Origin: Octopus bimaculoides
Taxonomy: Eukaryota
Direction: 5' to 3'
DNA: 64,000 nucleotides
NCBI RefSeq assembly: GCF_001194135.2
Contig: NC_068982.1
Span: 119,225,753-119,289,752, forward strand
Translations under genes and position numbers: made by a program
The notes under the pieces: generated by a model
Told to the model about the DNA's origin: nothing
The model's database searches: none
The model's input: only the letters and a program-made list of their open reading frames with translations
In this document: piece by piece, positions 13,639 through 27,885 of the stretch
Numbering within the stretch: the first letter of the stretch is position 1
Layout of the letters: each line of letters starts with the position of its first letter

Positions 13639-15943
13639 GGGGGGGGGTGTATGTCCTAACAGGGAAGAAGGAAATTTGCTGGCTTTACATAAAGTTTGGA
13701 AAGTCCAGTGATGTCCTATTTACTAAGAAACATAAAAGCATTTGATGCTGTTTTCAACATTCACTGACTTGACGCTTCATTATATTTTGATTTACATATA
13801 CTGATATGATTACGTTTCGTGTTTACAAAACAGTTATCTCCAAGCACTGCGCGTCGGAAATGAAGTTTTATTCCAAGCTGAATATAATTCCTGTTAATTT
13901 CATTCCTATTCCCAACGTCATGCGCACCGTGGATTCACAGTCAATTTCCTGATAGTTACAAAATAAGTTAAATTAATCAAGTATAATCCTGCAATGAGAC
14001 GAAAGCAGCTTAGTGCACGGATCCGATCAAGGTAGACTGGGTCTGAAATACCCAAATCTTCTTTTTAAAATCTTAATTCCACGTGTTGACAGGAACAGAA
14101 AGCATCATAAGAAATGCTAATTTTAAATCTGATCACTTGGTAAATACGAGTAAACAATACGTACAAAGTTTAAGCTGATTGAATTTAGTAAGTAAACCAT
14201 ACTTAATCGTCAAGCTCATGAGAAGAGAACCGCTGTATGGATGTATAAGGTGCAAAATTTGACATAATATATTATTGAAGAAATTTACTCAAATGATTTC
14301 CATATTTCACAATGGAAATTCGGAATATATACAGGCAAATGCAGAGTGAATTATGCATGTGAGCTAGTTTCATTTCCTCCCTGTTTCTGTATCCACTGAA
14401 ATGGATATTGATATAGCCATGTGACCGTTGTATCAACATCATATATTTATATTTAATGAGCAGTGCTGTGAATATATCGCAACAAAATAGAAAAAAGACA
14501 AACATATAAGTGAAAATAACTAAATATTTCAATAGACAATACTGACCTTATACCGATAACGTCACTCCAGTCATCAGGAAAGAAAATTATTTATAGCTAT
14601 AACATTCTCCCTGATATTGTGAGGTCCAAGTAGAGTTATTTTCTTCAACCTGGGTATTTTACTCACATTAAATATATTGAACAATATTTTAAGAAAGACA
14701 AAGATAAACTGGTTGGATTTGAACACAGAAAATAACAGGATTAACAGAACACAGAAAGTAACTATAGAACGTAAAAAATTTTGACTGACGATCAGCTGAA
14801 CGGCTTGAAATATTTATCACCTCAGAGATAAGAATCAAAAAGATATGCAACTCATGAGAGTAAAGCGGAAATATTTTCTTGTTTATTTGTCACAGAATTT
14901 GAGTTCAAATTTGGCCTCAGACGATATTGTTTTAAATTAGTTCATTTTCTAAAACCGAAAAAGAACGTTTAATGTAGCGTGGCCTATAAGAATGAACTTA
15001 CTGTGGTCAATTCATGTCACCATCTCACGAAAATATTGGCGTGTTGCCTCTCTGAAGTGAACTACTATTACGAAATGAATTATGCCAATATCTGATGGTT
15101 AGAAAATTCAGAGTTGTGAAAGAATAAAAACAAGTGGATGAAACATTAAATTGCAGAAAATAAAGAGATAATAGTTTCGGTTATAATTAGCATCAATTTG
15201 TAATCTGTCAGGCGAGGAAAGCAGTGATGCATATATTTTAAACACTGATGGAACATAGAATAGCAACATTATGAAGTGGTTATTTAAATATGTTTGTTGA
15301 TTTCGTCTGTAGAAACAACGTGTGAGGTCAATGGAAAATATATTACGAGGTATTACTGAAACTCTTTTCCAAAACGTTTAGAGTATAAACTAATCCAGTT
15401 ACGACAAACAATTGAAATAGGGCTTGAGAAGCGTTTGCCAAATATTTTGTGATATTAATACGTGAAAGTACTTCATAACTTAAAATTTATATATTGCAAA
15501 AAGATACAATAGTCTCTTGGAATTTTAAAAATAATTGTACCAAAACGAGTATCTGCAGGCGATCTCGATCAAAGGGCATCGAAGTCTATTTCCTCCTGGA
15601 GAATTCTGAACGAAAATTTCTTTAGAAACTGATAATATTCATTTGTTTAAATTTTTCACCTAGTCAACACTCATCATATGACTTAAATTTATATTCTAAG
15701 TTATATAATCCTCTACGATAAGTTCTGAGAACTCAAAGCAACGTTGTATGATTAATCTTCCAATAAAGTTGGTTGCAGGGTCTCTCTTTTTCCCCTTTGA
15801 TTATATTTATGTGGGCTAATGAATCTTACTTTCCCTCCTTCATATAGTAATTCATTATGTACTGAGGAGAAAGTGCAACTGAGTAAGGACTGGTATCCTT
15901 AAAGATTTACTGACAACAATCATTCATATGTGTGTGTGTGTGG

Positions 15944-15974
<31 letters not shown>

Positions 15975-16834
15975 TGTGTGTGTGTGTGTGTGTGTGTTAA
16001 AACTTAACGCTAGAATTAATGAAGAAGAATCTTCATTCGGATTAAAGGAATATTCTGCTGGGGAAATTTTTACAAAAACCCAAATCAGCATTAAAATGTT
16101 TATAAATGGAAACGTTGTATTACAAAGAATTGAAATTACAAAAGATTTCCATGGCAATTCAAGCATCGACAGAAAATCACACTCAAATGTAGTATGGACG
16201 TCCATTAAATAGGTAAGTTTAATAAAGATGTCATGAAGCCATTTAAACAAGCTTAACTAATATAAAGTTGATATCTCACCTTAACAAAGTTAATGATGTG
16301 TATATGGCATTAACTTAAAAGACAGATGAAACTTATCAATACTTGAATGTGACTATACAAAAAATATATAGTGTTTTATATACGCAGATGTTTCCCCAGC
16401 TTAAAAGTAGACCAATTATATTGCACGAAATAACAGTACATAGTGTAAATATCCACACAGAAATTGTCAAAAACATTTTAAAAATAATCTCATACCAATA
16501 TCCGATATATCACAGAAGCCAACCATTTACATAGAAAAACTATTAAAGTAAAATATTCATGAAAACATTTTACAAGCTTCACTTTGTCAACAAAGTTATT
16601 TTCAGAAACCTATCGAAGAACAATAATATACTACCTTCCTCATATTGTGCTCCCTTAACAGAAATCGTCTAGTGTAAGCTATAATCTATTGGACTAACGC
16701 CCAATCTGAAAATAACATTGCCGCCAGGACTTACACGACTCGTTCAATAATTATATTCAAATTGCTTTATCAGTAGCGAAATACGGAAACATATTTTTGG
16801 CTTTGCAGTTTACAATAAATAATATCTTTACCGT

Positions 16835-17020
16835 TTTACTTGTATTTGTTCCAGTCATTTGACTTCAGCCATGTTTAAGGCATCACATTCAAGAATTTTA
16901 GTCGAACGAATTGTCCCCAGAAATTCTGTTAATTTTTAATCCTAATAGTAATTATAAAGTCACTTTTACCAAACCGCTAAGTTTCGAGGACGTACGTACA
17001 CCAACACCGGTTGTGAAATC
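16835..17020 (-). mobile_element. SINE family 1, 3' part (old)
   Basis: cagtcatttgacttcagccatg...accgctaagtttcgaggacgtac matches the copy at 10180. Confidence 0.65.
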
Positions 17021-17227
17021 TACTCGCCTAAGACTAGAGAAAAAGACACTTGCCCAATGTAACATACAGTGGGTCTGAACTGGAAAACATTTGGTTAAGA
17101 AGCAAATCTTCTACTACACAGCTACGTCTGCATGCCTGTATGTACGCATATATGTATGTGTGTATGTATATATATATACATACCAAACACACAAACACAC
17201 ATACTCACACACATACATACATATCTA

Positions 17228-17295
<68 letters not shown>

Positions 17296-17339
17296 GATTG
17301 CTGATCTCGAGAGAATATAGGCATGTACATATTCGTTTT

Positions 17340-19870
17340 TAAACTCAGCCCGAGCATGCCTGAGCAAATGGCTCGTGAGTCAAGCTTCGGTTTTCGATAC
17401 TTTCCAAGAAATATGACAATTATGTGATGGGTCTTCCATTACTTCTGCATTCGCATTTTCTTGTACTCTTATGTGTCACAAATTGAACACGCTTTCCTTT
17501 TAGGGCTTCAAGGACTATGTTCAATATGAATGTTGATTTTGCATCACCTCGCTCCACTCTCTGATCGTTCATGACTAACATCCCAATTTTAGATAAGAAC
17601 TGGTAGTTATAGGGAACCCCAAATCATTACGCATTTACTTCTGTACTCGAAAAGTCTATTTATTTTTTGCATGTTTAAATCTATTCTGTTCAAATGATTC
17701 ACGACCTTCGTTGAGTTTATCCCATTATTTTTGATCAGTCAAAACTTTGAAAGTTGTCTTTATCATACCTCTACGTCTCGTCCGGAGTGTATGATGTAGG
17801 CGCTTATTTAGTGTAAGTTCGTCATAATGTATTTGCTTAGAAGACTTTGTATCATCCCTTCGAATAAGATGATCCAAACCGTGCCTATGATTCAAAATAT
17901 TGATATTTTCAATGCCAAGCATGTAAGCGTTTGCGTGAACGATAATGTTTGAGAGTTTGTCTGCTATTTTCTTATTTGTATGTGCGTTATAGAGTTTCTG
18001 TGGCGTTTTACTAGTGATGCAATATGATGATGATATATAACCCAGATTTCTGAGGAGTACAAAAGACAGCTTAAAGCACAACTAAAGATTAAAAAAAAGA
18101 GTTAAAAGTGACTCCTCTGTCCTTTCACATTGCCTTTTAAGCCTGCCGGAAGCTGCGTTTACTTTTTCAATCTTCTAATTAATTTAGCACAGAAACATCA
18201 GATGATATGATAGAATAAGTTCTAGAAAACTATCGATGACTTCCAACCGAGTTACATATTAGGCTCGACTTAAGCCTTCCCAAATGATGGAGAGAACATA
18301 ACTTTGATCTTTGTTAGATTCATACTGAGTGCAAACGCAGTACACGCACTGGGAAAAAAATGAACACCTTGTTCTGAATAAGGCACAAAATTGATATCGT
18401 CAGCATATAGAAATGCATGCAGAAACGTTTCAAAGATATTAAATTTCAGTCTCAACCGACTCAGTTTAAATAGTGTTTTAGATGTTTGAACTTGAATAAT
18501 CGCTAATGGTACATCCCTGAAAAACATAAGCGATAACAAATACAGAAGCGGTGGAGTACAGAGTAGGAGTAAATGTATCGCCTTGCTTCACACATATTAG
18601 TTGAGATTGGATACCGTAGATATTAAAACGAGCCTTCATGTTGCGATGAAGTTTCCGAAAAATGTCGATAGATTCCTATTGTCATTCTATTATTTCTAAG
18701 ATTATCCACAAAACTTGCCTGATCACGCATCAAAGTCCATTGTGAGAACTGCGAAGACTTGAAAAAGTGGCAGTGAATGCTCAGTAAACTTTTCTTGTAT
18801 TTGACAATCTTTAAAGCTAATACATGTTGTACCTCGAGATTCTCTAAAACCATGTTGACTTTCAAGCATGATATCTGTCAACCGTTTTGAAATCCGATCG
18901 AGTGAAATCTAGCAAGATATTTTCCAAATTCATATTCCAAATATTTATTGCATGAAAATCACCAAAGAGACTAAATTTGCAACAACCCTCGTGATATGTA
19001 TGAAAGAAAGACATACATTTGCTCCTACTTTTTCTTCATCGATTTCATTGTTGCTATTGCAAATGCTTTTCAGGGATGTACCATTGGAAATTATTTAAGT
19101 GCAGACAACTACTACACTATTTAAACTGGGTCGGTTGCGATTCAAATTTAAGCTCTTTCAAAAGATTCTGCACGAATGGCTATATACAATATATCGCTTT
19201 GCATGTAAAATACGAATATGAATTTCGGCTGCGGTAACATTGCTACCAAGCCGTAGTTGTTCCACAATTATAGTAACAAGAGCTGGAGCTTTGCCCGCGT
19301 TTAACTTATTTATCGCTTATCTAATTTCTTCAAAGCTAGGCTTCACCATTACTTCCTTTATATGCTCTGTTAATGGCGGAGGACCATTTAGGATTTCGTC
19401 TTCTATATTCGATGGATTATGTAAAAATTCACCCGTTTTCTTTATGCCATCAAGATCTTTATACAATTTGTTTCCATCCGTAAATTGTACTGGCGGAATA
19501 GATGAGTTTCGAGGACCAAAATGCTGGCTTTCTTCATAAGCTGTACAGTTGCTCTACTCTGTATTCCTTCAATCTTATGCATTTTGCGTTTCTTTGGAGA
19601 CATTCGAACCTCAAGTTTTACATCTGTCCTTTTTTTTTTTTTTTAAAGATGTTAGAACGGAATGAGATTCAGCCTTACAAGTGTTTATGGCTTTTAAGTG
19701 AACAAAATGCCTTTGTTCAAGCACATTTATGTCCCCATCATTGTCAGCAGACGAGTCACTATACCCATACTCGGTGAAAACCAGGCAATCTGCATTAAAG
19801 CTGTATACCTTTTGTTTGATTTATCTAAAGCACCATCAAAATTAGTCCCCAGCGTAACCTTCTGCTAACA
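17340..19870 (-). mobile_element. RTE-clade LINE, decayed ORF (pre-RT linker, RT, C-terminus)
   Basis: Minus-strand motifs in order: AINKLNAGKAP (~19290), GK.LAR/LESQHGFRESRGT (~18920-18830), VKQGDTFTPTL (~18580), FLYADD (~18400), DHLIRRDDTKSSKQIHYDEL (~17850), and a C-terminal Cys/His motif (~17400). Confidence 0.85.
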
Positions 19871-20126
19871 ACGTTTGNNNNNNNNNNNNNNNNNNNNNNN
19901 NNNNNNNNNNNNNNNNNNNNNNNNNNNNNNNNNNNNNNNNNNNNNNNNNNNNNNNNNNNNNNNNNNNNNNNNNNNNNNNNNNNNNNNNNNNNNNNNNNNN
20001 NNNNNNNNNNNNNNNNNNNNNNNNNNNNNNNCTCCTCATCGCCGTCATCATCATCATTATCATCACCGTTTCCAGTATTTTATTTGTTATTTAGCGGTTG
20101 ACGTCATAAAAAGATACACACATATA

Positions 20127-20172
<46 letters not shown>

Positions 20173-22503
20173 GTATGACATTCGGCATGTGTCCTTTACT
20201 TTAGCATTTATTTGCCCACTTTTTGTGAATTGAATTCGTAACATATAATCTGTGTTCAAGTATGCTACGTATATATATATATCGAAGGTGGCTAGACGTA
20301 ATATAAAGCCAAATAGGAAAAGCTTGTCACTAATGTATTAGTGATAAACGTTTCTTTTTGGCTTTATATTGAGTCGAGTCACCTTCGATAGAATTTATGG
20401 AAGCATGGGAGCAACTGTTTTTGAAGACTCATATTGTCGTCGAATATTCGAAATGAGTAGATGGACAGGCGACAACTGCGTTTACTTGTCTTATTTTCCA
20501 TTTTTTCTCGTTTTTTACGTATTTCACTCGTTTTCCCTCGTTTGTCTACGTATTTCATATTATTTTCACCATTGGTAACGTCCTGTACCCATATACCAAT
20601 GTGAGTGTATATATCACATTATTTAGTATTTTTTTAAATATATATTTATATATAAACGTATCATACTTGATCAAAGTTTATATTTGCTACGAATTCACTT
20701 CACAAAAAATGGACAAATAAATGCTAAAGTAAAGGACACATATCGAACTTTATATTGCGTGGTAGAGTCGAACCAAGAAGCATATGCAGCAGATGTTTAA
20801 CGGCGCAAACATTGTTGCTTCTCTTTAGTGACAAAAGCATCTTTAAGCGTTAATTGAATCCATATTGCAGACTCGGCCCACCGGTATTTTATTTCTTGTT
20901 CAGCAGTTGACGTCATAAAAAAATTAATATTGAAACAGCTGAGAAATTAATGAATTTTCTTCATTCGTCCTGAATGTCATATTACATTAATTAAGAAAAA
21001 GAACATTCAGCTGACAGTAATTAATGAGAAGATACGCCGGTTAGAAATATTATGAAACATTTTTTTTTCCTCTCTCACTTTTTCTAAATCAATATAACTG
21101 ACACAACTTCCGAATAAATATTTCTTTAATTTCTAATTTATAATTATTCGTTTCTCACTTTGGAAGAATGTCAGAAATTTTACAGAATGCTTTTAGTAGA
21201 TTAAACTGCCCGCAGCGCAATTATTGAAATGATAAGACCAATCATATACAAACAGAAATATTTTGTCTATTGTTTTTTATAAGATTTCGATTGAGAGGAA
21301 AGAGCAGCACCCATGACATTTATATTGCATTCGATTCTGGTAGAAAGGACTTAACATGAGACTAGTGCCTTGATTCTATTGATGGATCAGAATAGAAAGA
21401 ATAACTCCAAAAGTCTTATACGTAATTTTCATTTACAGACTTTCATTCATTAGCATTTGATCAACCTGATGCCTTAATAGTGGAAAAATTATCACACAAA
21501 CCCTAATAGCATCTATTTATGGTAAATGGGGTATTGTATCCAACGCAAGGAGTTCTCTGTAGAACACTTGCTTGCGTATTTCAACTCTTGATTCTCTAAC
21601 AGAGTTAAACTTATATTTTTTTTGCAGAGCTTGAAAACATTTACTCACCAATTTATTCACAATTCCAGAAAATCAATTTTCATAGATATATACCGTCTCC
21701 TTTCATGGGAAAAGATAAGGGGAATTGGCCTAATACTGTGTCTAAAATGAATACACTACGATAAAAATTATAGAGCACAATATTTAAGCGTATTCTATTT
21801 TAGAAACGAGATGAAATGCAATTGTTGAGTTGTTTTGTTTTGTTGCTAGAATATATATCGACTCTGAAGGTATATCATGCAAAAGGCCGAACTTGGAAGG
21901 CCTTCCTCCTAGCAGGTAGACATACAAGAGAACAGAAAACTTTAAAACATGTATGCCAACGTCATAGCTTTGTGTTTCTTCACTAGCATGAAACTGATAA
22001 AATATCTACCAGTATAATTAATGTGGATATCTGTTTCTCTGTCCCACTGACATCCACGTCAAAGGTATCAGATGGCATGATAATCTCAATATCTTTGCAT
22101 TCTGTTGATTCTCTGAATGGTTGTTTTATCAGCTAAATCCTAAGTTTAACTGACCTTAGAGAAATCATTCCAAAGCTGTATATATATGTATGTGTGATAG
22201 TATATGCGGGAGCGCTCGCACACGCATGTGTGACACCGTATGACGTAATTAATGGTTGGAATAAGATGGTGACTTTGGTTCCCAGAGCGAAGGTGTGTGA
22301 TGTTCTCAAGTACAACAATACATTTCACATTATCTTAGTCCACTCGGCTGTAAAATTGTCACACAACGACCGGCTGGTGTTGGATTCAGGTGGAATTTCG
22401 ACTTGCCTGCTTCGATAGTGGTGTGTAAAAACATCCGATAGCCTGGATATGCAGTGACATATGCATGTGTGTGAGTATGCACACACGCACGCACATATAC
22501 ATG

Positions 22504-22870
22504 CGTAGGTGTGGCTGCGTGATGAGAGATCTTGCTTCCAACCACATGGTTCCGGGTTCATCCCCATTGCGGGGCACCTTCGACAAAGCCCTGTGAGTGC
22601 TAAACGGAAAGTGAATGAAACACGTCGCATATGTGTGTGTGCGCGCACGCGTACGTGTCTGTGTACGTGTCTGTGTCTTTGTGTATGTGTTTTCCCCCAC
22701 CACCGCTTGAAAACCAGTGTTGGTGTGTTTACGTCCCCATAACCAAGTGGTTGGGCAAACGAATACCGACAGAATATGAACCAGGCTTTAAAAAATAAGT
22801 ACCAGAGTTGATTCATTCGACTAAAACTTATCCAAGGTGGTACCGCAGCATGTGACTCAAACAATTAAAA
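22504..22870 (+). mobile_element. Near full-length SINE family 1 with internal (TG)n tract
   Basis: tRNA-like head gtggctgcgtg...ggttccgggttcatcccc; tail gtgtttacgtccccataacc...aataagtaccagagttgattcattcgact. Confidence 0.85.
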
Positions 22871-23049
22871 GCTATATATAAATTATTCTTAAATATATAG
22901 GCAGATAGCCTAGATATACGAAGAAAAATATTTTTAACGTCAGAACGAGTATATATATATATATATATATGCATACTCACACACATGTGTGCGTGTTTTT
23001 GCTATCTCTATTCCAAAGTCTACATTGTGCCATAGAATAAGTTTAGATC

Positions 23050-24400
23050 TAGCTTTATGTTTTAGCAGGTGATCATTGTTTTTGTTAACGGCCCTATGTT
23101 TATGGTTGTTTATATGTTTTCTTAGAGGATCTAATATTACGGTTATGAGGTTTACTTAAAATCACTTCGTTATCCATTATGCAATTATTCTTACTATTTG
23201 ATTTTCAACATGGTGCCCGATAATCAAATTATCTTTGTCAAGCTTCTTTGTTTAATGTTCAATTTTTATTAGCCAAACCTATTTGATCCATAGCATAAAT
23301 CTTATTTATATGTTCTTTGATTTCATTTTTAGGGATATAGAATATTCTATATTTATATTCAACTTCAGCTAGGGAATTATCATAGTATTTTTCATTATTC
23401 CTGTATATCTCTTCATTTAGTAGATAGTTTAGATATACGAAGAGAAATATTTTTAACGATAGAATGAGTAATATTTTTTAAATGATTTGTGCTTATACTT
23501 ACGTATCTAAAGTTGTCATTATGTTTGTGGAACGGTTGGTATGCTTTCATATCCAAATCCAAATCCAAATTAATGTCTAGAAAATTCACTTTGCTCTGTT
23601 CCTTTTCAATGGAAAAAGACAGAACTAGGTCTTTAAATAATTTAAAGAGTATATTCCGTGATCTTTCCATGTTTATATTACTTGATATATATACATAAAA
23701 GAGAGCGCTGCCCACATGTAATCCTCCTCACTCCATTTTCGAAAATTTACTACTGATACAATTTAAAATATAAATTCCTTCTACGTCCGTTACTTGAGCA
23801 GAATCGCTGGAGCGCACGGTAATATCAAATTGATCAGGCCTATCATTCTCCACACAATATTTTTCGTCAAATTCATTTATTTCTTTTCTAACAGCCTGTA
23901 TACCTATCCCTTCTTTAGATAAACTAGAACTTCTCATTGCGAATATTAAGGCATAGCAGTTAGATATGTCAATTTTTATGAATTAGGTGGGTAAGCTTAG
24001 GAATGAGTTTGTCAATAATAAATTCATTAATTCTGCCTATTACCGATTCGGAGCGACATATAGGTCTAACGAAAGGTTTAGTAGTGATATTAGGCTTATG
24101 GGCCTTCAGGTTAATTTTATGAGCTTAGGGAGCTAGGGTGTTGGTATCTTCTAAATGCAATATTTCTATTTTCTTTGTATGTAGGTTCACACCTAATAGG
24201 TTATTTTAATAAGTTGTTTTATCATTTTTGCGAATTATTTTCCTAATTAGAAATGGCTATAATTTAAAATCTAAGTATATAGTACTTGTTTTAACTAGGT
24301 GTACTAGAAATCCGGGCTTCTTTTGTAGCTCCAAACTAAAAGGTGTAATTTTTTCAGATGTTGGTTCTTACGTAAAGTGAAACAGTGGAACTTTACACTC
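23050..24400 (-). mobile_element. Penelope-like element (Naiad-like RT), decayed
   Basis: Minus-strand INLKAHKPNITTKPFVRPICRSESVIGRI, FDITVRSSDSAQVTDVEGIYIL and KVNFLDINLDL...YQPFHKHN...YVSISTNH...KNISLRISKLS, the same motif series as 56280-57450. Confidence 0.75.
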
Positions 24401-27203
24401 TGGATGGTATTCTAAGTTTATTTCTCAAATCTCGCGAGATGTGGATTAGATAGTTGAATTCTCTAAGGCTAAAAACATTATTGCAATCTGTCATCATTAT
24501 TCATGAAATCATCGTCCTTCTTTTTCCCATCAAAGTGATAGGCGTGTCATCTCATGCGGCATATGAAAGAGTTAGTTTATCAATACGAGTTTTTAAATAT
24601 TCGTTTTTAAATAATGCGACTAAATGCACATAAATGCTACATCAAAGGACATTAAGATGCTCATGCAGGGGGAACACGTATCGAGTTCTAATCTAATGTG
24701 AATTTAATAACAATAATTCTGTAATGAACAAGCTTTGATGATGTGTAATTCTCATTCTTCTTTATCATGTCTTGTTTATATAGTGTGTATGACGTATAAA
24801 ACCCAATGAATGAAGTATTGACTATTGGTTTATCTTGCACAATTCTATTTTCCATCATTCGAGGTCGCTAACCAAACTGGGTCCATGTCCGAGAACTAAT
24901 ATGGTACCAGCATGCATTCCATGTCTGTATTCCTTTACAGTATTTGAGAGTATGTATGCTTGTGTTTGTGTCTGTGTGTGTGTGTGTGTGTGCATGTGTG
25001 TGTGCGTGTGTGTGTTCGCGCGCGTATGTATGTATTAATATATGTAGGTATATGAGCAAATTTATATATTTTGTTTTATGCAAGTATTCCCATGCATATA
25101 GTTGCATGTCTTGACATGCGCATATATACATAAGTGATAAACTTCCGGAAAGTCTTACAGATTTTTGCAGCTCAAGTAATGGCTTGGATCTGTTGTCTTT
25201 ATCCTTTCTGCTTTTGGGAAGCCCAGTTTCTAAAGATTGGTATTGAGGCAGTGTGTTGCATATCACAGGGCCCCAACAATTACAGGTATAATCCTGAAAT
25301 TGTAATCGGGATAGAGTAGCTGTAGATTCCTCAATAGTTCACCGCAGGTATTTTCTTTATTGCTGGTCTTAAAAATTATGTTAAAATTCGCTCGGTAGCT
25401 GATTTCCACAACTGTACGCAGTTTCTCTAATTTATCCCAAATTACTATGTCATGTCTAGTATGTTTACATTCTATTGAGTTTTCCTCTCAGACGTTGGAT
25501 TTGTACACCTTTTATAAGATGAGTGGCTATGTCGAGTGGCTATGAGTGGCTTCTACCATACTGTAGATTCTTACTTCTTTGGCCTCGGGGTTATCCTTCC
25601 CATGCATCTCAATATGTTTTCCCTTTAATATCATGTTTCATTGGTAGATAATACTGTGATAATACATAATAATGTATGTATGTATGTATGTATGTATATC
25701 TCATAAAATATTTTTTATTCAAATAATAGTATGAAATATATATTACCGCAAGGAATTAACTATACAGCAGAACATTTACCATCCGTGGACTTTCGAAAGG
25801 CGGCCACTATTAATAACTCTGTTGCTGATGTAAATGTTGTCATTAATAGTTGAGTGCAAAATTAGATATGTAATTACTAGGCGTCAATATATTTTGCTTT
25901 CAAGTAATTCCACTTCACATGTCAGATTGTCATTGAAAATATTATCAAAGGAATACTGTCCACCCCACAGGGAATCAATATTTTAAAATGCGAACGTCAC
26001 CAACCATTTTACAGAGTTGTCTCTCTGCTTTTCTCTATGTGTGTATATGTGCTAGTGTAAACATATACGTGTAATCTCTCTCTCCCTTTCTCTCCCTCTT
26101 TGTATGCATATGTGCGTGTGTGTGTGTGTGTGAGTTTGTGTGTGTGTGTGTGTTTTTTTTGTTTGTGCGTGTGTGTACACATATACATATATACATAGGT
26201 ACAAACAGACATACACAGATTCACACACACACATATGTGTGTGTATCAATTTGTGTGTGTAAGAGAGAGAGAAATAGAGAGTGCAAAAGTATGTTTGCAT
26301 TTACATATGTATGTCTGAGTTTACATATGTATGTGTGAGTANNNNNNNNNNNNNNNNNNNNNNNNNNNNNNNNNNNNNNNNNNNNNNNNNNNNNNNNNNN
26401 NNNNNNNNNNNNNNNNNNNNNNNNNNNNNNNNNNNNNNNNNNNNNNNNNNNNNNNNNNNNNNNNNNNNNNNNNNNNNNNNNNNNNNNNNNNNNNNNNNNN
26501 NNNNNNNNNNNNNNNNNNNNNNNNNNNNNNNNNNNNNNNNNNNNNNNNNNNNNNNNNNNNNNNNNNNNNNNNNNNNNNNNNNNNNNNNNNNNNNNNNNNN
26601 NNNNNNNNNNNNNNNNNNNNNNNNNNNNNNNNNNNNNNNNNNNNNNNNNNNNNNNNNNNNNNNNNNNNNNNNNNNNNNNNNNNNNNNNNNNNNNNNNNNN
26701 NNNNNNNNNNNNNNNNNNNNNNNNNNNNNNNNNNNNNNNNNNNNNNNNNNNNNNNNNNNNNNNNNNNNNNNNNNNNNNNNNNNNNNNNNNNNNNNNNNNN
26801 NNNNNNNNNNNNNNNNNNNNNNNNNNNNNNNNNNNNNNNNNNNNNNNNNNNNNNNNNNNNNNNNNNNNNNNNNNNNNNNNNNNNNNNNATGTGAAGGTGA
26901 GATCCAAGGATCGAGATCTGGTAAATTAGTAAGCTTCGGGCAATCCGTGGAAGATATAAAAGAAAACAAATCAGGAACAAAAATGGTTTGCTATAGAAAT
27001 TTGTAAATCTTTCGTATATCGAATTTCGATAAGGTGAAAAAGGTTACTTTATAGTGCACGGTTAACAACTGACGTTGATATGAATGCTAATAAAAATCCA
27101 AATTTCAGGAATGGAACTGGTAAAATGAAGGTTACATATGTTTTCTAGCTAGCAGAACCTTGGAAGTGATAATTACTCAACGAGGGCTAGTCCACTATAT
27201 ATA

Positions 27204-27885
27204 TTGGTTCATCCCATAAATAATGCAGTGTTTTACAATTGCATAAACTAAAGGCCAAAGGGGATGGGATAAACTACATGCAACAACTTCTTATAAAAGC
27301 AGGTAGTAATTTTACCGTGTCCGTTTTCTTAATGTAAATTTTGAAGAGTACAGTCCGATTTTAATATTTATTTTTCCAAAGCTATAATGGAAGTGACAAA
27401 GGAGCATATTCGGTATATTTTGCTTTATGAGGTCAATAAAGGCAACAACGCAACGGAAAGTACGAAGAATAATAATGCAGCATATGGGAATCGGACAATA
27501 ATCATAAGCCAGTGTCAACGGTGGCTCCAGAAATTCCGAACCGGTAACTACAGCCTAGAAGACGATCCTCGTCTTGGAAGATCTGTAGAGCTCGGCGAGG
27601 ACATCCTCTAAAACCCGATGAAACAAAATCCCATCGTAACTGTTGAGGAACTAGCAGAGAAGCTGGAATTTTGTCATTCAACCATTTATTGACACCATCT
27701 CTGGTTTCAAGACGAAAGGTGTTCTATCAGGATAATGCTCGGTCACATACAGCGAGGATGACATACAGCAGTTTTAATGGGAAACGATGCCCCACGCAGC
27801 ATATTCGCAGGACATTGCCCCATCTGATTATCGTTTATTCCACAATGTTGAATATCATTTGGACAGAAAATCATGAATTCTGTAG
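27204..27885 (+). mobile_element. Mariner (Tc1/mariner) transposon relic, internally deleted transposase
   Basis: TA followed by ttggttcatcccataaataatgc (probable left TIR); N-terminal HTH MEVTKEHIRYILLYE...QCQRWLQKFRTGNYSLEDDPRLGR (27387-27611); catalytic pieces QDNARSHTA and YSQDIAPSDYRLF (27802-27840). First catalytic Asp region and right TIR missing. Confidence 0.9.

Noticed and set aside
14785-14822. CTGACGA...GAAA hammerhead-like string
   Set aside because: Stem I cannot pair and stem II is weak.
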